From Candidatus Eremiobacteria bacterium (GTDB lineage: Bacteria; Vulcanimicrobiota; Vulcanimicrobiia; Vulcanimicrobiales; Vulcanimicrobiaceae), in the NCBI GenBank assembly GCA_963737065.1, contig CAVTRC010000002.1, positions 448,001 through 512,000 on the forward strand: a DNA stretch of 64,000 bases. Direction: 5' to 3'. Below, one piece after another: positions 60,399 to 64,000 of the stretch (position 1 is its first letter; every line of letters starts with the position of its first letter). The notes under the pieces were generated by a model. It had not been told where the DNA came from. It worked only from the letters and a program-made list of their open reading frames with translations, and did not search any database. The position numbers and the translations under genes are program-made.

Positions 60399-61140
60399 GC
60401 GCCGCGGCCACGATGGGAACGCCCGCTGCGCCGAGCACGCTTCGCTGCACCTCGAAGAGCGAACGAACGCCGCGCTCCGCGAGCGCAAGCATCGTGTCGA
60501 GTTGCTGCCGGTCGAACGGCGCGGCTTCCGCCGTTCCTTGGATCTCAACGTATTTTCCGGCGTCGGTCATGAACACGTTCATATCGGTATGCGCTTGACT
60601 GTCCTCGTCGTATGCGAGGTCGAGCATCGGCGTGCCGGCAACGATGCCGACGCTCGTTGCAGCAATCATTCCGGTGAGCGGCCATTTCGATGCGATGAAG
60701 CTGTGCGCGGCGCGCAATGCGAGCGCAAGCGCTACGTACGCACCGGTTACGGATGCTGTCCGCGTCCCGCCGTCGGCCTGCAACACGTCGCAGTCGATCC
60801 AAACGGTTCGCTCGCCTAACTTTGCGGTGTCGGTTACCGCGCGAAGCGCGCGTCCGATGATCCGTTGAATCTCGTGCGTGCGTCCACCGATTCGCCCTTT
60901 GGCGGACTCGCGTTGCGTTCGTTCTTGTGTCGCGCGCGGCAGCATCGAATACTCCGCGGTGACCCAGCCGAGCCCGCGGCCCTTCATCCACGGCGGCACT
61001 TTGTCATCGACACTAGCGGCGCAGAGGACTCGCGTGTTGCCGACGGTGATGAGCGCGCTGCCTTCGGCGTATTTGAGAAAGCCCGGTTCGATAGAAACCG
61101 GGCGCAGTTCATCGGGCCTCCGCCCGTCGGACCGAATCAT
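60391..61140 (-). CDS. rph: Ribonuclease PH
   Basis: [38 protein letters not shown]. Confidence 0.97.
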   Translation of the reverse strand: MIRSDGRRPDELRPVSIEPGFLKYAEGSALITVGNTRVLCAASVDDKVPPWMKGRGLGWVTAEYSMLPRATQERTQRESAKGRIGGRTHEIQRIIGRALRAVTDTAKLGERTVWIDCDVLQADGGTRTASVTGAYVALALALRAAHSFIASKWPLTGMIAATSVGIVAGTPMLDLAYDEDSQAHTDMNVFMTDAGKYVEIQGTAEAAPFDRQQLDTMLALAERGVRSLFEVQRSVLGAAGVPIVAAAHV

Positions 61141-61158
61141 ATCGGCCGAAGTGTTCGC

Positions 61159-61338
61159 TTATTCCGAACGCGCCGCCTCGTCTTCCGTCAGTCGATCGTA
61201 GATGTGGCGCGCATACCATTGCGGCCAATCTGGATCTGCATGACCTAACCGGTGTTCGTACACCGCATGCGCGCGTTCTGCTTCGCGCAGCATGTCTGCG
61301 AGACGCGCGACCGGATTCTCTCCTAGATCCAGCTGCAT
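61159..61338 (-). CDS. 59-aa hypothetical protein (not in the ORF track)
   Basis: My translation: MQLDLGENPVARLADMLREAERAHAVYEHRLGHADPDWPQWYARHIYDRLTEDEAARSE. Confidence 0.6.
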   Translation of the reverse strand: MQLDLGENPVARLADMLREAERAHAVYEHRLGHADPDWPQWYARHIYDRLTEDEAARSE

Positions 61339-61354
61339 GCGGCTATTGTTGCGC

Positions 61355-61696
61355 TTATGCTACCGGCTCGCAATACCCCGCCCACGACGAGATCGCTTGC
61401 CCCTCGCGCACCGGAACCGCGACGCCTTGGAACTCGCGGAAAATTCCGTCATGTCCGAGCAGGCGAAAGCGAACGACGTAATTTTCGTTTCCCGGCGCGC
61501 GCGAAGACCACATCGCGCGTACCAACGCCCGGTCATCGGGATGAACGCACGCAATCCATGCGTCCGCGCTGCCGCACACTTCTCCATCCGGTACGCCGGT
61601 GTAACGCGCCCAGTCACGATTGAGAAACGTGATGCGTCCGCTCGCATCGGCCGTCCAACGGATCGCAATAGAATCGACCGGCCTAGACACAATCAT
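61355..61696 (-). CDS. Stand-alone PAS domain protein
   Basis: GGAGGTG RBS; FLNRDWARYTG, WIACVHPDDR, RFRLLGHDG. Confidence 0.78.
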   Translation of the reverse strand: MIVSRPVDSIAIRWTADASGRITFLNRDWARYTGVPDGEVCGSADAWIACVHPDDRALVRAMWSSRAPGNENYVVRFRLLGHDGIFREFQGVAVPVREGQAISSWAGYCEPVA

Positions 61697-61788
61697 CGTC
61701 GAGACACCTCCACTCGAAAACCTTGTGCCCGCATGCTTGCCGACTTAAACGACGTTGCGCTGTTCCGAGCCAGCGAGTCGAATCGTTA

Positions 61789-63627
61789 CTATTCGACGGT
61801 AACGGTTTTCGCTAGATTGCGCGGCTGATCGACGTCCTTACCTTCGATATCGGCGATGTGGTATGCCAATAACTGTAGCGGGATGACGTTGACGATGGGC
61901 GAGAGCAGCTCGTCCACTTTCGGAACCCAGAAGACGTAATCTGCAACGGAACGCGCTTCTTCATCCCCGTGGTTTGCGACGACGATGATCGGCGCTTCGC
62001 GTGCTTTGGACTCCATCAAGTTCGAGAGAATCTTATCGCGCACGCGACCGTCGGTCATGATGCCGATGACCGGCGTTTCGACGTCCAGCAATGCGATCGG
62101 GCCGTGCTTCATTTCGCCCGCAGCATAGCCCTCGGCGTGGATGTAACTGATCTCTTTGAGTTTGAGCGCGCCTTCGAGTGCCGTGGGATAGTTGATGTAT
62201 CGCCCGATGAAGAGACAGCTGCGCATCTTGCGGATCTTGCGCGCGACGTCTCGGATGTAGTCCGACGTATTGAGCACGACGTCCACGGATGCCGGAAGCA
62301 GCTTCGTATTCGCGCCGATCTCTTTGAGGCGTTTGGGGTCGACCGTACCGCGCACCTTCGCCATGTACAGCGAGAACAACGTCATCGCGGTGACCTGCGA
62401 CACGTACGTCTTCGTCGCCGCAACGCCAATTTCGGGACCGCCGCGCGTGTAGAGTGTACCGTCTGCGATGCGCGTTAAATGGGAACCCAATACGTTGCAG
62501 ATACCGAGAATCGACGTTCCCGCGTCTTTCGCGATGCGTACGGCTTCAATCGTGTCCGCCGTTTCGCCCGACTGCGACATCGCGATGACGAGCGCGGTCG
62601 AATCGATGACGGGGTCGCCGTAACGAAATTCGCTTGCGAGTTCCATTTCGACCGGCAGCTTCACGAGCGATCGAAGCAGATACATGCCGACCATGCCGGC
62701 GTGATACGCGGTTCCGCAACCCGTAATGGCAATCTTTGAGATCTGACGCAGCCGCTCGTCGTCGATACCGATCTCCGCGCCGAGATGAACGTGGCCGTCT
62801 TCGTCGATGCGACCGGCGAGCGTCTCTTTAATGACGTTGGGCTGCTCGAAAATCTCCTTGAGCATGAAATGCTTGTAGCCGCTCTTTTCCGCGGACGTGG
62901 CATCCCACGTGACGTTGATGACGTCGCGTGCGATCGGCGTGCCGTCGTACCGCATCAGCCGGTAGCCCGTGCGTCCGACGACCACCATCTCCCCCTCTTG
63001 GAGAATGATTTCACGTCGGGTGTAGGGCAGTATTGCGGGCGTGTCGGAGGCGACGTACATCTCGCCTTCGCCGATGCCGACGACGAGCGGGCTTGCGCCG
63101 TTGCGCGCGAAAAGCAACTCCTCGGGATTGTCGCTGGAAATAACGCCGAGCGCGTACGCACCGCGTACTTCGGCGAGCGTTTTACGAACCGCGCCTTCGA
63201 GGTCACCGTCGTAGTGCAACTCGATCAAGTGCGCGAGGACCTCCGTGTCCGTCTCGCTCTTGAAGATATGGCCGAGCTCGATGAGCTTCGCGCGCAACGT
63301 CGCGTAGTTCTCAATGATGCCGTTGTGAACGACCGCGATGTTCCCGGTACAATCCATGTGCGGGTGTGCGTTCGCATCGTTCGGACGGCCGTGCGTCGCC
63401 CAACGCGTGTGGCCAACGCCGACGCATCCCGAGATGCGTCCGCCGTTCTTGAGGCGCTCGGCGAGACGCGAAAGCTTGCCTTCCGCCTTCGTTCCCGTCA
63501 GCGCGCCGCGCTCGTCGATCACCGCAATCCCGGCGCTGTCATACCCGCGGTACTCGAGCCGCGCGAGCGAATCCAAAATGATCGGAACGCTATCGCGCTC
63601 GCCGATATACCCAACGATCCCGCACAT
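61789..63627 (-). CDS. glmS: Glutamine-fructose-6-phosphate transaminase
   Basis: MCGIVG, GHTRWATHG, SQSGETADT, LKLKE, PRNLAKTVTVE. Confidence 0.98.
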   Translation of the reverse strand: MCGIVGYIGERDSVPIILDSLARLEYRGYDSAGIAVIDERGALTGTKAEGKLSRLAERLKNGGRISGCVGVGHTRWATHGRPNDANAHPHMDCTGNIAVVHNGIIENYATLRAKLIELGHIFKSETDTEVLAHLIELHYDGDLEGAVRKTLAEVRGAYALGVISSDNPEELLFARNGASPLVVGIGEGEMYVASDTPAILPYTRREIILQEGEMVVVGRTGYRLMRYDGTPIARDVINVTWDATSAEKSGYKHFMLKEIFEQPNVIKETLAGRIDEDGHVHLGAEIGIDDERLRQISKIAITGCGTAYHAGMVGMYLLRSLVKLPVEMELASEFRYGDPVIDSTALVIAMSQSGETADTIEAVRIAKDAGTSILGICNVLGSHLTRIADGTLYTRGGPEIGVAATKTYVSQVTAMTLFSLYMAKVRGTVDPKRLKEIGANTKLLPASVDVVLNTSDYIRDVARKIRKMRSCLFIGRYINYPTALEGALKLKEISYIHAEGYAAGEMKHGPIALLDVETPVIGIMTDGRVRDKILSNLMESKAREAPIIVVANHGDEEARSVADYVFWVPKVDELLSPIVNVIPLQLLAYHIADIEGKDVDQPRNLAKTVTVE

Positions 63628-63730
63628 CAGGATTTCCCTCCGGTAAATCCGCGGCGCTTGCCCCTTCGGGACGAGGCGCACGAATGAAACAAACTACAGT
63701 CCTCTACCAAGCGACAAGCCGAAGGCTTTG

Positions 63731-64000
63731 TTACTTGATACCCTCTTTCGTCCGATGGTAAGCAATCGTACCGTCCGCGATTTCGTCGAGCGCAATCGAG
63801 ACGGGCTTGTTCGGGTTGATATCGTCCTTCTCGACGAGCGGCTCGCTCGCAAAATACTCGCGGCGATCCGACGGAGGCAGCTGCTGAACGCGAATCCAGT
63901 TGTTCAACTGCCGGGCGCGTTTCGTGACGATGTTGACCAGACTGAACTTCGAATCAGCGTGCTTCAAAAGCGCGTCGAGATCTCCAAAAACCGTTTTGCT
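63731..64000 (-). CDS. rpoZ: RNA polymerase omega subunit (start beyond window edge)
   Basis: SKFSLVNIVTKRARQL...KPVSIALDEI. Confidence 0.9.
   Translation of the reverse strand, partial: SKTVFGDLDALLKHADSKFSLVNIVTKRARQLNNWIRVQQLPPSDRREYFASEPLVEKDDINPNKPVSIALDEIADGTIAYHRTKEGIK

Noticed and set aside
63628..63730. glmS ribozyme upstream of glmS
   Set aside because: The leader is about 100 nt and lacks the ordered core (AGCGCC...GACGAGG); only a generic hairpin is present.

Overview
GC-rich bacterial chromosomal segment, mostly housekeeping. A secretin and MlaFED-type genes suggest a diderm, while cdaA-cdaR-glmM, a c-di-AMP riboswitch and SigB-type partner-switching genes are Terrabacteria-like. 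Eremiobacterota/Vulcanimicrobiota is my guess and cannot be confirmed here. In order: degenerate hisD-like 3' end, Cof hydrolase, ftsQ, a signalling block (MCP and two PP2C-HATPase fusions), ftsA-ftsZ, thyX interrupted by an HNH intein, a type IV pilus/secretin operon with an embedded SigB/F-like sigma factor and a CcdA-like gene, a BlaI/BlaR1-like module with a 29-aa repeat sensor and a repeat-sharing secreted partner, HU, aroC-aroK-aroB-priA, a GGDEF-EAL protein, rpsT, rsgA, cdaA-cdaR-glmM followed by a c-di-AMP riboswitch and NlpC/P60, tRNA-Gln, accessory genes, a Xer-like recombinase with a dif-like site upstream, a Tn3 remnant, panE, mlaD/F/E split by a ~99-bp structured tandem repeat, rph, glmS and rpoZ. 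All calls come from reading motifs by eye; no searches were run, and many start codons are my best estimates.
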